DNA of 63,801 nucleotides from Rhynchobatus australiae (lineage: Eukaryota), in the NCBI GenBank assembly GCA_034780895.1, contig JAUZTB010000001.1, positions 45,888,633-45,952,433 of the forward strand. The letters are read 5' to 3'. The position numbers and the translations under genes were made by a program. Of this stretch, positions 38,985-51,735 are shown in pieces. The notes beneath the pieces are model-generated. The model made no database searches. It saw only the letters and a list, made by a program, of their open reading frames with translations, and was not told where the DNA came from. Within the stretch, counting starts at the first letter, position 1. Every line of letters begins with the position of its first letter.

Positions 38985-39425
38985 AGAATTCACTAGACTG
39001 GTTCCAGGAAAGGTGGGTTTGTCATATGAGAAGAGATTTAATGAGTCGGCATGTGTTCTCTGGATTTTAGAAGAATAAGAGGTGTGCTAATTGAAACTTA
39101 CTTAATTCTTAATGGTCTTAACTGGCTGGATTCAGAGAGGATGTTTCTCCTGAGTTGAGGAGTCGAGAACCAAGGGCCATTTGAGACTGAAATGAGGCAA
39201 TATTTCTTCATGCAAAGGTTAATGAATCTTTGAAATTCTCAATCCTGCAGGGATGTGAAGGCTCAGGCACAGAGTTTATTTGAAAAAGAGATCAACAGAT
39301 TTCTGGATATTGGGGAAACCAAGGGATAAGGGGATCTGTGGAAGAAAATGGTGGAGATTAACTAGGATCTTGATGAATGGTGGAAGAGTCAAAGTGTCAA
39401 AAGGACTATTCTTCCTTCTGTTTCT
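38985..39425 (+). mobile_element. Decayed CR1 3' fragment
   Basis: FTRLVPGKVGLSYE, FRRIRGVLIETYLIL and MRQYFFMQRLMNL*NS. Confidence 0.8.
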
Positions 39426-41699
39426 AATTTTTAGAACTTCTGACCACACTGTTACTTCTTTAGTCATCATTATTCAGTGTCCACATAATTTGTATATATT
39501 GTACATAGGGTAAAACAGCATTTTATCTCTGTGATCAATGCTATGGAAGATTGGCTACTTAAATCTACAAGTCTCTATTGTTGATACAAAACATTTCTGA
39601 ATTATGGTATAGATCAGAGTATCATTTTATTAACTATGACATTATATCATCATTAAGAAATTAATTAATGTTAATCATATGTTGCACAACATCAAATTCT
39701 TTTAAACTGGTTAATAAAGTAATCAAGCTGTTTCAATGAAAGAATTCTGCCTTCTTATTGTTCAACTAAACTTTCTGTTGAAGTTTCTACATTCTGACTT
39801 TAAGCCTCTCTATGTCAGTAAATGTGAGCACATTAGTATTAATTAATTGAATCAGAATGTAAATTTAGGCAAGTTGTAATTATACGGAAATCTTGAAACA
39901 TGTATTTCTCTGAAAGCACTCGATTGATTTGACCTACTCCAAATCCTTTATATGTTTTCTTGTATGCCTAAACATACCCAAAGACTTTTATTCATTATAA
40001 GAGATCTTACATCATTATAAAGTTTTGGGATTAAAGAGCATACTCTTGAGAAGGGAGCGGTTGTGTTATGAACAGTGTACTTTACATGGATTTCCTATTA
40101 GTGAAGGAACCATAAAAATATGTGCTGTTCTAGAGGTCATCTGTATATCACAAAGTAATCATAAAGAAGATCTACTGCATTCTTTTCTATTGCTTTGAGG
40201 GAACAAAATTTTTATTATTTTAATAAAAATGTTCAAATTGGCCTGAGTTTGAAAAATACACCATTTTATATTTGTGGTGTATTTGTGTGTTAATGATTTT
40301 TTTTAAGAGAATCCTTTCCACTCTTTAGAAGAGAGGGTGCTTGGAGATATGCACCAAGCATGAAAATGAATGTTATGCATCATTTGAGCCCTATCATTTA
40401 AATCTACATTATATAGCTATCCTTGAGATTACAGAATGATTGTACTGTAGAGCCAGGAGTGCAGACCTATTGAACTACAGGTAATGTAAATCAGCACTAT
40501 GCTATAGCAGTGACAAATTAATTCCATTTTATGTTATCAGGGGAGCGGTGTACTTTCTTCAACCCTGGCATCTTCTTTAATGTTTGTCAAATCATTCTAT
40601 GATATTCTCTGCAAGTGAGGATCCCACCAAAAGAACAAACTATTTTGTCGTAAGCATCTATGATCTACAGTCCTATGAGATTATAGGCTTTCCCCTCTCT
40701 CTACTAATTAAATATAATATTCTCCAAGGCTATATACCAGCTTGCACCCTCTACTTCTTTGAATCTTGCCTTCCATGAAGCCAATAATCCATAATACATA
40801 AACACTGCAGAGAATTTGAATGGCATTCATTAATATATGTTTAGCTGCTCTAACAACATTCACCTAAGATTGAGCAATTTCCAACAGTACATTGAATCCT
40901 CAAATGGTTTTTGTGCTTCTTTTACCTGCCTGTACTCTCCCTGTGGTGTTAGGATGCTGACTCGCCAGTTTCCAATCCTCCGGAACTTCTTTTCCACAAG
41001 CCATCCAGTTTGCTTCATTTTTCCTCACTTTCAAAAATCTTTTCAAAATTTACTTCCACAATGTTGTTGTTGTTCAACAAATGCTGTTCTCAGATTGCTT
41101 CTGTCCCTCCATGAAAACTTCAATGGTCTGAGTACATGATTTCTCCACAGTGAGGAGTCAAGACAGAGATTCATCATCTCAAGGCCCTGCTCTTTCACAT
41201 TTGCTTTGGTGCTGCTGATGCCTGTAGAAATGGAGAAGACGGTCACCAAGCTGATGNNNNNNNNNNNNNNNNNNNNNNNNNNNNNNNNNNNNNNNNNNNN
41301 NNNNNNNNNNNNNNNNNNNNNNNNNNNNNNNNNNNNNNNNNNNNNNNNNNNNNNNNAATGGGGCCTACACTGGTAACAGTCAGGAGGCATGCAGAAACTT
41401 CAGATTGTTCTTCCTCTGATCTAGGACACTTCAATTTCAATGTCATCACAAATGCTGGCGTACAACGACAGTGTGAATAGCGCATTTTGAGAAAGGCATG
41501 AGTGGATGCGATCACAATCTCCCTGTGGAAGAAAGCAAATAAGCAAACTCACAGAACAGAAGAAAAGGTTCTAAGCTGGAGTTAAACAATATGGCTAACA
41601 CCATTTATTACCTTCATACAACTTGAGCATGCATTCACCAGCAGGAAGGACAAATGCTTTGATTTGACATCCCTTTTCTTCCTAACATCTCAAAAGATC

Positions 41700-41760
41700 A
41701 GCTAGGGACATTCTTCTACATTAAAGGTGCCTTCTACATTAAATATAAGCTGGTGTTGTG
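41700..41760 (+). mobile_element. L2-type 3' terminus fragment with an internal 13-bp duplication
   Basis: gggacattcttctacattaaaggtgc...ataagctggtgttg. The 13-mer cttctacattaaa occurs at 41713 and 41731. Confidence 0.5.
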
Positions 41761-43584
41761 CTGTATATTTTAAGTAGCAGGTAAAGTGGTTTCTCATTAG
41801 AGTTGCTACAGTCAAAAATGTAAAGTGATAGACTATGTTACCTTGTTGTTCGCTATAACATTTCAGCAAAGAACAATTCATTGCAATGTTATTTTCTTAA
41901 GATGTTATTTGGAATTGCCATTCATAATGCCATTGTGACAGTCAATATGTACTGATAATATAGCAACAATATACAGTAGAGCCTTGTGAAAGCATGACTA
42001 AGGCCAGTAATTTGGTGGACTTTGTTAGAGGCCATGCACCAAATAAGATACAGAATATTCTGCTCCACACCATAATTTCACATTAATTTTATGCTGTTGT
42101 AAAAATTCACTTTGGTAGTGAAATTAAACAGAGCATCCTGTAACCACCTTCAAGAAGGGCACCGGACTAATGTCAGAGATTAAAAAGGATATTTCATCTT
42201 TTAGAAACTATATACTAGGAAGTAAACAGGTTATATTTCTTTAAGGGGATAAAGTAGGAAATGAAATGAGAGATTGTTCCCTTCAGTGGGTCCAGCAAAT
42301 GTTTTATGTGACAGAGAAAAGAACAGCTACTGAAAGCAGAGATGTATGAATTCACCTGGCATTTAATTCACGAAATAGCAAGGAGTGACAGTAAAAAATG
42401 GAGTTTATGTTTTATTATCTACTTTCATGCTTGGACAGAGATGTGAATATTCTTTATAATTAACTTGTGATATTTGAAAGAAAAAAATATGCTGCTTAAC
42501 TGACATACAATACCAGAATTATATTTTAACTATTCCAAACCCAGATTTTCACATTTTTAGCTGAACTCCTTAAGTTTCAACTTCAAAGTTGTAAATAATG
42601 TAAAGGAGTAGCTAATAAAGAAATCAGCCCTTTGGGTCTCAGAGAATCCTTTGCTGTTCTCAGTACATTTAATCACTTATGCAAGATCAATAAGAATTAA
42701 AGTTAAATGATTATTTACAGGTACACCATCAACAAATGAAACATTTGCTGGTCTTTCAAAACAAACTCTAAAACTAACGCAAGATTTCAAAAGCACTAAC
42801 AATTACTTGTCCACCGATTTAATTATGGTGACAAATTAAATGATTGAGGATTTAAAGCAATGGGATTAATGAAGACAATAGCAGCTACTATTGTTTGCAG
42901 TTCTGTTGAAGCACATCGGCACACAATTTTCTTTGACACTGAGAACCCAATAACTAATTTACACCCAACTGCTTGAACTTGCTGGACATTGGCATCCAGA
43001 TCCACAGTGGCAAAGCCCCTTGTGATAAAAAGGCCAACAGCATAAATGGGGATTTGGATGGGCTCATTCGAACAAAGCCTGTCCACAAAACTACTCAGAG
43101 ATCAATAACAAATGGATAAGCCATGCCTCTCTGATTTGACAAGCTGTCATGCCTTCCAGGAACTCTGAATGTATCTGACATTTAAGAATAATCAAAAATC
43201 AAACAAATAAAAATAAAGTTATTAGAAGTTAAAAAAAACTTGAACCAAGAAGAAAATCTATATCTTTTAATTAAATTCAATTGCTTCTAAATGAAGTAAA
43301 TTACTTAAAATTTATCATTCCACATGTCATTGTTCCTCCAGTTCAAATGGTTGGATTCATTGACTTTGTGGACTCATAAATCCTAGGCACTTTTTCTGAG
43401 ATAAGTGCCGAGGGATTGCGACAAATCTGCACTCCATTGCGAGATTCTATGAGGAGTCCAATGTGGGAATGGGGTCAGGATATCACCAGTGAAGTTTGTC
43501 CATTAAACTTGGATCTTCCAAGTTCATACGCACATACTCAGGAATCATGAAATTGGTGACACCTACATGGGAAAGTGCCAGCAA

Positions 43585-43805
43585 GAGGAGGAAAGAGGAG
43601 TGACAGAAGAGGGAGGCAAAGGAGGAAGGAGAGAGACACTGGGAGGGAGGAGCAGTAGCAGAAGCAGCAGCTGCAACAATAGTNNNNNNNNNNNNNNNNN
43701 NNNNNNNNNNNNNNNNNNNNNNNNNNNNNNNNNNNNNNNNNNNNNNNNNNNNNNNNNNNNNNNNNNNNNNNNNNNNNNNNNNNCAATAGTACCAATAACA
43801 AGAAC
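43585..43805. repeat. Purine-rich low-complexity/simple repeat spanning a gap
   Basis: GAGGA-rich run, then agcagtagcagaagcagcagc and caatagt on both sides of the 100-N gap. Confidence 0.7.
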
Positions 43806-45837
43806 AAGGATCTGTCTCTTATTTTTGAAGCATAATGTTTTTAACCCAAGTAAAGCAGCAGGGATGGTTACACTCACAATGTTGCAAACAGCTTTTCAGG
43901 AGCAGTGGGAAATAAAATCAGTTTCAGGGCTTTCTAAATGAAATTCTTTGAGCATTGTTTAAAATAAATGATCAGCACAGAGAGGCGCCTGGCATTTTCT
44001 GGTTCTTTCATGCATTTTTATGGCACAATTACTTCTTCTGTAAACCTCAGATGAAATTGAGTGTTGAGGAGACTCCCCTTGGATGTTACCAGGCATTAAA
44101 TGGCATAATAAGGGATCCCTAAAGGGACAGCTGGCAGCTGCTCAAATAAAGACCAGGAACCGTTAAGATTTTAATTTTGTGGGCCCAGGTGACACAAGAG
44201 GGCTCCTTCTGGCCCCGTCAGAAAACTCCAGGCCACAGTTAGCCCCTGCAAGACCTCTCTGGGAGATATCGGACTTCTTCATCCCACCCCTTCACTGACA
44301 TGGATCTGCCAGCTCACCAGCTAGTCCATTTGATACTTCCAGCTCTAAGACCCAAAGCCAAGTTTGATACAGGTGTCATAGACAAATTTACTTCACTATC
44401 TTTGTATTCAATTGGGTGTCCTTGACCAGAACTAAGTAGTAATATGACAGCAGCATAATTTATTCACGAACTACATTGTACTGGCCTGTAGTTAAAACTG
44501 CTTTTAATCACAAATATAGAATTTAAGGTAATGATTATTAAATATAAATGTTGCAAGATCTTCTAATCCTCTGCTTTGTTTAACCTACTGAAGGAATGGT
44601 CACTATTGACAGGAGTGGAGAGGGTTAAATCGCTTTCATTACTATGCTCCAAATTGATGGGGAGATTTGGTGAGATAATCAGAGCGTTTCCAGTTTTGAA
44701 GGTTGAGTCTGTCATACCTTGTGTTGATTTAGTGTTGCAAAATTTGCATTGTTTCCCCTGACAATGACACATTTTAAACAACTAGAATGAATGACTGATA
44801 GTCTTTGGATATCCTGTGCCCTGTTATACTGTATTGTCACAATTTTATGGAACACATTCACAAAAACTTCCTTTTCAAGCAATTAATAGTCTATAGGACC
44901 AAAGTTCACAGTCTCTTCATAGATACATCATTTTTGATGACCTTGTGTTTAGTTGAATTTTAATTTGATATAAAATAGAGCATAGTTAAAAGTATTAAGA
45001 ATTAATATAAGCATTTATTTTCATGACCTAGGTAATTACTTTATTTTTACAATTCAGCCTCAGCATGTGATGAAGATAACTTCCACACGTTTTAATCTTA
45101 CTATTATTGCTGATTATGTGTTATCATAATTCACAAGTTACCCGGTGACATGGTAGAACTAGAAGGGAAAGAAACAAATATTTTGAACCCATTCATGCCT
45201 GTGTTGGAGGGTTGAGGCTAGATTACAATATTAAACTGTACTTTTAGCATCAATTGCAATAAAAGAACTAGATTTCTTGCTCATGTAGAATTGACAAAGC
45301 TAAGAATTCTACTTAAAAGGGGAAGAACAAATCAAAAGCCTAAAACTCTTGCTGTTTCTAAGTGAAGCATTCATAATACATTTAACAAATTAAGTTTGAA
45401 AACCATGTAAAAATGGGAAACTATTGCAGTGCGCGAGAACTTTATCATTACTTACAGGGACCCTGGGATTCTGGAAGAATGTAATGACCCCAGGAATAAA
45501 GGAGAGCAGTAATTTAAATCAACGTGTTATCACATAGTTATAGGTGCAGGATTTTCACTCCCTATAATTCTCCCTGAGATACCAGAGCTTCTTCTCCAGC
45601 AAATCTTGCCTTTGATTTCTCTACAAGCTTACAAATTTTGTCAATGACTTAATGCAGAATTATTTAGCTCTTATAAACTAATTTATAAGGTATACATTTA
45701 TCTTACTCATAACTTGAGAAATCCTTTTGGCATTAAGTGTTCACACTGGTGGGAATCATGCCTGCAAATGACAGAAAATTCTGAATTCTTGAACTTGCTC
45801 ATTTCCCATCTGCTCTGCAGTAAAATTAATGCCCTAT

Positions 45838-46095
45838 GTTCAGGGGAAGTTCAGGGGAGATGTCAGAGGGAGGTTTTTCACCCAGAGAGTGGTTGGTGCA
45901 TGGAATGCGCTGCCTGGGGNNNNNNNNNNNNNNNNNNNNNNNNNNNNNNNNNNNNNNNNNNNNNNNNNNNNNNNNNNNNNNNNNNNNNNNNNNNNNNNNN
46001 NNNNNNNNNNNNNNNNNNNAGGTGTGGTTTGATGGGTGGCACAACATGGTGGGCCGAAGGGCCTGTATTGTGCTGTATTGTTCTATGGTTCTATG
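45838..46095 (+). mobile_element. CR1 LINE 3' end
   Basis: GKFRGDVRGRFFTQRVVGAWNALPG (ORF 45829..46032) and tail gggccgaagggcctgtattgtgctgtattgttctatggttctatg. Confidence 0.92.
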
Positions 46096-46164
46096 TCCAT
46101 ACAGAGAGTACACTGAACGTGTAATACCTTTATGATGAATGCAAATTTGCAAATGACTCCTGGT

Positions 46165-46395
46165 GTTTTCATGCAGGAGCTAGTGTTGTTGTCCCACAGC
46201 CCTAGGGACCTGGGTTCAATCCTGACGTCAGGTGCTCTCTTGCAGAGTTTGCATGTTCTCCCTGTAACTGTGTGGGTTTCCGTTGGATGCTCTGGTTCCT
46301 TCCTACAAAGATATATTGGAAGTTTAGGTATAAATTATCCATGAGTGTAGGTAAGTGGCAAATGAATCAAAAGGGGAGTTGATGCCATGTACTTA
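46165..46395 (+). mobile_element. V-SINE, long subfamily, decayed
   Basis: gggacctgggttcaatcctgac (B-box-like) and gtgggtttccgttggatgctctggttcc (V-core). Confidence 0.75.
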
Positions 46396-46619
46396 AACTG
46401 TGTTTTTTTCTTGATTCATTTAATGGAAGTGGATAAAGTTGACCATGAATGTGATTCTGGAGTGTCAGGCCCCAAAGGTGGCCTGGTTCTAACCACACAC
46501 CATGTCTCCAGGCCTAGATATGGCTGTCTCATGACGACAAAGGAGCATTGCATCCATGAAATAAAATCAAGAAAATCCTGGAAACCCTCCGCAGTTTGGC
46601 AGCAATATGGGGAAGAGTG

Positions 46620-46945
46620 GTGGTGTTGCAGCAGTGAGATTACCCAGCTCGTAATCCACAGGCCCGGATGTACAATCTTGGAACCAAAGTTCAAATCCCA
46701 CCATGGCATCACTGGAATTGAAATTCATCAATAATCTGGAATTTGGAATATCATTAATGATGATCACAACTGGTTTGTCAGTAAATAAAATCTGTCTGGC
46801 TCATTATTGTCCTTCAGTGGAAGACACTTGCCATTCTTACCAGTCTGGCCTACTTCTGACTCTGAACTTACCTAACAAGCTGCTCAATTGTCAAGATGAG
46901 CAATAAATACCAGCCCTGCCAGTGACACCTGCATCCAGAAAATAA
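46620..46945 (+). mobile_element. tRNA-derived SINE (second family)
   Basis: gttcaaatcccaccatggca head and tail gagcaataaataccagccctgccagtgacacctgcatcc, shared with the 7315-type LINE. Confidence 0.75.
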
Positions 46946-46964
46946 AAGGATTCAAGCTTTAAAG

Positions 46965-47015
46965 CAGTCTTGATGAGAAGTTGTCAACCTGAAGTGTTGA
47001 TTATGTCTCTCTGTC
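46965..47015 (+). mobile_element. PLE terminus remnant with a degenerate hammerhead core
   Basis: cttgatgagaagttgtcaacctgaagtgttga resembles 63617-63650. Confidence 0.45.
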
Positions 47016-47192
47016 CAGTCATCAACACTTGCTGCAATTTACAACCAGAAGAAACTCTTTGGTCAAAGTTCAAATAAATCAATTATTTATTTACTTTGTG
47101 TTACATAAGTGTTTCAGCATCTTTTTTTAATAGGCTTCCTCAGTTTTGATGTAAAGTGCTCAAATCTATCTCTAATGTCTCTTTTATGTACT

Positions 47193-47480
47193 TCACAAGA
47201 TCACAAGATAAGGGAGCAGAAGTAGGCCATTTGGCCCATCGAGTCTGCTCCAGGGAAAAGGGGAAAAAGAAATGAGAAAGAGAAGTGGGGGGGGGGTGGA
47301 GGGGANNNNNNNNNNNNNNNNNNNNNNNNNNNNNNNNNNNNNNNNNNNNNNNNNNNNNNNNNNNNNNNNNNNNNNNNNNNNNNNNNNNNNNNNNNNNNNN
47401 NNNNNGGGGAGAGAGTCAAGAGGGATAAAAAATAATTTAACCCCAATTTCCAGCCTTATCCCCATATCCCTTGATACCTT
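47193..47480 (-). mobile_element. CR1 3' terminus spanning a gap
   Basis: cacaagatcacaagataagggagcagaagtaggccatttggcccatcgagtctgctcc, and after the gap ccccatatcccttgatacc. Confidence 0.75.
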
Positions 47481-47819
47481 GACTTCACCCAGTGGAGGGA
47501 AGACTTGCTTTCACTAGATTTTATTGGAAGTTGGGAATGATTAAAGCTGTCATATATTTCTCTTCGTTCAGGTTTCTGAAGTGTCCCTTCGATGTCCTCG
47601 CCACTTGGTCTGCTGCTGCTGACTGATATTGTTTGCTTCACGAGGCTGCTGACTGCAGTATCACAGTGACAGGCAGGCCAGAAGCAACGGCATTGACTTT
47701 GCAGAAATCTTCCCACAAAGATCCAGCATTTTCTCTATGGTGAGAACTTGACCTTTTCCAAAGCCAGATGTTGTCAGGTTATCTGTTTGGTGGGATCCCT
47801 GTGCATCCAGCAGCAATCG

Positions 47820-48188
47820 TGTGTGGCTCAATGGTACAGCAGTTAGAGTTGCTGCCTCACTGCTCCATCAAACCAGGTTTGCTCCTGGACTTGGGTGCTG
47901 TTTGTGTTGAGTTTTCATGAGTTCTCTTTGATCCACATGGTTTCCTTCCCGGTTACTCTGGTTTCCTCCCACAACCTAAAGATGTGATGATAGGTAATTG
48001 GCAAGAGAAACTGGGGGGTGTTGGGGGGGTGGGGAGGAGGGTGGAAGGTAGGCAGGGATGGTGGGCAGGTGAGAGAATGTTTCTGGGAAATAAATGGCTG
48101 CAAGGGACCAATGGGAATTCTTTGAGAGCTGGGAATGACTTGATGGGCTAACTAGCCTCTTTCAATGTCATAAGGAAATATGAGAAAA
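47820..48188 (+). mobile_element. V-SINE, long subfamily
   Basis: Head ggtacagcagttagagttgctgcctcac, core ctctggtttcctcccaca, and tail ttgatgggctaactagcctctttcaatgtcataaggaaatatga. Confidence 0.8.
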
Positions 48189-49274
48189 ATAAAGAAAGAT
48201 AGCATCAATCTTTCTGAGCACCCATTCAAGTTAAAACTTTTCACAGCATTTGGGGAACAAAGCTCATAGTTTTCAGTTAACATTTAAACATAAAGTGCTT
48301 CAGATCGAAACTTGTAAAAATGTTTAAAGTGGAAGCTGAAATATCATAAATTTTTTAAAAATCTGATACATTTTGAAATATTGTGAAAGGGAATACAGCT
48401 ACTTTAGGGCCCAATTGTTTGTTAAACAATGATTATAGCTTATTACATACGACATTAAAAAACTCAAATATTTTATACCAGAACTATTTACACCAGCACA
48501 TGCTGGTTCAACTGATTTCCCATGATTCTGTTGGAGAAGGTTGCTAACAACATGGTCTATAGATGTCCACCGAACTACTGACACCCATCTCAGGAGTTCT
48601 ATGTTAACTTCTGCATTTATAGAAATATCAAATTTGGTGTCAGTTTCACTGCCACTGTCACTTCAAAATCAGGGCCTGTAAAAACTCTAGCCAGTTCCTG
48701 CTGCTGAACACTCCCTCAAGAATGTTGCCAACCTGCATGAGAGTTGGTCTGAGAGGAGCAGTGAGTCTCAGATGCTAAGCATTAAGTTTCTTTCCATATG
48801 GTCCCACAAGATATTGAAATCAAATGAGAGACTCCCCTTCCACACCTGTATGTTGGAAGCCAGCACCACTATACCACAAATCTGAGCACTCACATACTCA
48901 GTGTCTATAGGTCTATGCCACTTGAGAACAGTATAGTACAAGGGTTGTACTTCCATCGTGTTCTCAATGTCAATAATGATCTGCATTGCCTCTTGGCAGA
49001 TAGTCAGGGACTTGTGGTTCTGGAGTGTCCTTCAACTCAGGTCTGTTCCCTTATGAGCTAAGTCGTTCTGCCTCTTGAAGAGGAGTGTAAATATTTTGCA
49101 TTTTCAATGATAGCTGACTAACCTGCGGCCCACATTATGTAAGAGAAATTAATGTGCACTTGTCGTTCCAGTTAGGTAGTTAAATCATCTTAGAAGTATT
49201 AATAATATAAAGTGCTTTCAAGGTTTCAGTGTGACAACTAATTTGGGTGTAAGTGGCAACATAGTTTGTTTTCT

Positions 49275-49650
49275 TTTTAGAGGATTTGAATGCTGCTGGA
49301 CAATTTGACATCTATAGCCCACCTTGAATTGCCCTTGAGGTGAACAAACAGTTAAGAGTCAACCACATTGGTACATCTGGAATCACCAACCCAGAAGGAT
49401 GGCAGCTTCCCTTTCTGAAGGATTTTACCGAAGTAGGTGGGTTTTTACAGAATTCCAGTTCCCTGGTTAAATTACTGAGATAGCATTTTTATTTAAAATT
49501 ACAGATTTAACAGTCTGGTCTATTGAAATAGTTGTAAAGATATTTTAATTATTTAAATCAATCAGTTCCCATGATGGGATTCCAGCTCATGCCCCTACAT
49601 CAGTAGAGCAGAACTCTGGTTGCGAGAGTTAACCATTATACTATTGTACC
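49275..49650 (-). mobile_element. tRNA-derived SINE (second family)
   Basis: Homologous to 13050-13360 (ttaagagtcaaccacattg...ggtgggtttttacag...atgatgggattccagctc). Confidence 0.7.
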
Positions 49651-49769
49651 TCTGTTCAATTACAGTGCATGGTAAAAGGCTGTGAGATTGGATCATTACT
49701 TTGAGTGGAAATTGAACTGGACTTTAAGACATGGGCATATAGTGCAACCACTTGTGTCTGTTGCAATTC

Positions 49770-50150
49770 ATTCTGCTGATTACCATCCTAAGCTTTTATT
49801 CCTTCCACCACAAGTTCACAGTGACTCTACCATCTTCAAAGTACTCTGCAGTAACTTACTTAGGCTTCTCCGACACCTCTGACCTCTACCACCAAGAAGG
49901 ACAAGTGCTCAGGTGCATGTAAGTACCAGCACCTGCAGCTTCCCTTCCAAATCACACATCTTGACGTGTAAATGCATTGCCATTCCTGAGTCTTAATCCT
50001 GGAACTCCCTACCCAACAGCACTCCGGGAATACCATTCAAGGGAAAAATTGCAGCGGGTCAAGAATGTGCCTCACCATTACGTGCTCAAGGGTAATTAAG
50101 GGAGGTGTAATAAATGCTGGTCTGCCAGTGATGCACACGTCCTGAAAACT
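49770..50150 (+). mobile_element. CR1/L2-group LINE 3' end (7315-type)
   Basis: gacctctaccaccaagaaggacaag...aatcctggaactccctacccaacagcact...taataaatgctggtctgccagtgatgcacacgtcc. Confidence 0.8.
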
Positions 50151-50159
50151 AAGTAAAAT

Positions 50160-50362
50160 AAATGGTTGTGCTCTTGTCTCTAAGATAGAAGGTTGTGGGG
50201 TCAAGGTTCTCTGCAAGGCCTCAGGTACAAATTTCACATCATATAAGTCAGTGATAATAAACCTGATTCTGATACATCATCTAGAATAATACATTATCAA
50301 ACGAGTGCTGTTGTCAGTAGTACTGCCTTTGAATTGATTAGGTGCTATGTGAAATGCAAATT
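50160..50362 (+). mobile_element. Deu-domain-like (SacSINE1-type) SINE remnant carrying a ~45-bp Rex tail insert at ~50230-50272
   Basis: Head ctcttgtctctaagatagaaggttgtggggtcaag and L2-like end aggtgctatgtgaaatgcaa. The insert atataagtcagtgataataaacctgattctga matches the reverse complement of the Rex tail at 55152-55185. Confidence 0.55.
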
Positions 50363-51149
50363 TTTTTTTCCTCCCTTGTCACTGTAACATGGGAAGCTGT
50401 GCTGTTGCCTTAATTTCTATCATTTCCTTTCGGGAGAACTCTAGGCTCAGCAAGTGTGGGAGGTGGAGTTGAGAAGGAATCCTGCAGCTGAAACACCTCC
50501 CCTTTCTAACGCAGGTGAAAATAGCACATTTTAAATGACTGCTGGAACCCTTTAAATCAGCCTTAGCTGTTGCCCTTGTACAAACGCTCCATTAGGCAGC
50601 CCAGAAGCTCCTACAGAATAGACAAATTATGCAAATTGAGGGTAAACAACCATGCAAGTGCAGTCATGGAAACGATTCGCAATGCACTGTTTAGCCCCAA
50701 TTTTCAGAAAGGAATTTTCAGGTTTATAAACTGTCATTGCTTTACAATTAATTACAATGGTGAATGTGCCTTTTTAAGCTGATGAAAGTCAATTAATCTG
50801 TAAAATAATTCTAAGATATACCCATTTACCCATCAAATTTTGAATCCTGGTACGCTTTGATAATCAGTACTGTTTCGATGTTATGGTTAATTTGCTTGGT
50901 CAAAGCATTCGTACAGAGGTTAGTGCCATCAGGTACCTTGGAATCTAAATAAATGCAAAGCATTTGTCGATGCATTTCTTGTGAACCTGTGACATTGATG
51001 TGCTGTTTGAGCCTTTTTCTAAAAGCAGAACTTTACAATAGAATATATTTGATACTCATCACCATTATAATAAAGCAATTGGGAATCGTGGTTTTTTGAA
51101 CTAATTATTCAGAAAACACGAGTAAAAATCCCAGCATAACAACTGAAGA

Positions 51150-51385
51150 ACTTGAATTCTGGAGATTTAGTTAAAAGCTTGCATTGGTAATAGTGATTGC
51201 AAAATGGTCCATTATCATTAAAAAATGTATTGTTTTCTTAATGTTCTTTATAGAAGGAAACTTGCTATCTTTAATTGGTTCCTGCTCTTTGAACTGGCCT
51301 CGTGAGCCATTGTTGATTAGGACATCTAAAGTTGAGGATTAAGTGCAGGCCTTGCCAGCAAAACCCACATCACACCAATGAATGC
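51150..51385 (+). mobile_element. tRNA-derived SINE (second family), decayed
   Basis: ttaatgttctttatagaaggaaacttgctatc and tail aagtgcaggccttgccagcaaaacccacatc. Confidence 0.6.
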
Positions 51386-51663
51386 AAGATATTCTGAACT
51401 GACTATTGTAAGAACAAACACATTGTGCATAAAACCATCAGCATTATGGCTAAAGCAACACTATTGTCATGGACAATAAAGAACAAAACAAATTCTTTGC
51501 CAATTTTCTCAACACCAGTACCTTCCCTCCCCCATCTATCACCAACCACCAACACACTGCCATCCCATTCCCTGCCTCACAACCCCCAGCCTACTTTTCT
51601 ACATCTCTTTCCCTAAGAAGTAAGGAGTCATTGGTGCAGTTCATTGTCCAGCGTCTCATCTGA

Positions 51664-51735
51664 GTGACCTTCTTCATCTGTGTGACCTTCTTCATCTGTG
51701 TGACCTTCTTCATCTGTGTGACCTTCTTCATCTGT
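51664..51735. repeat. Perfect 18-bp tandem repeat x4 (gtgaccttcttcatctgt)
   Basis: Identical units at 51664, 51682, 51700 and 51718. Confidence 0.97.

Noticed and set aside
41043-41222. Minus-strand acceptor-like site (tcttctccatttctacag) followed by an open frame ISSTKANVKEQGLEMM...
   Set aside because: No recognisable homology, it ends in a stop, and it lies next to a gap.
46190-46235. tRNA-like B-box sequences
   Set aside because: They are SINE heads and do not form a complete cloverleaf.
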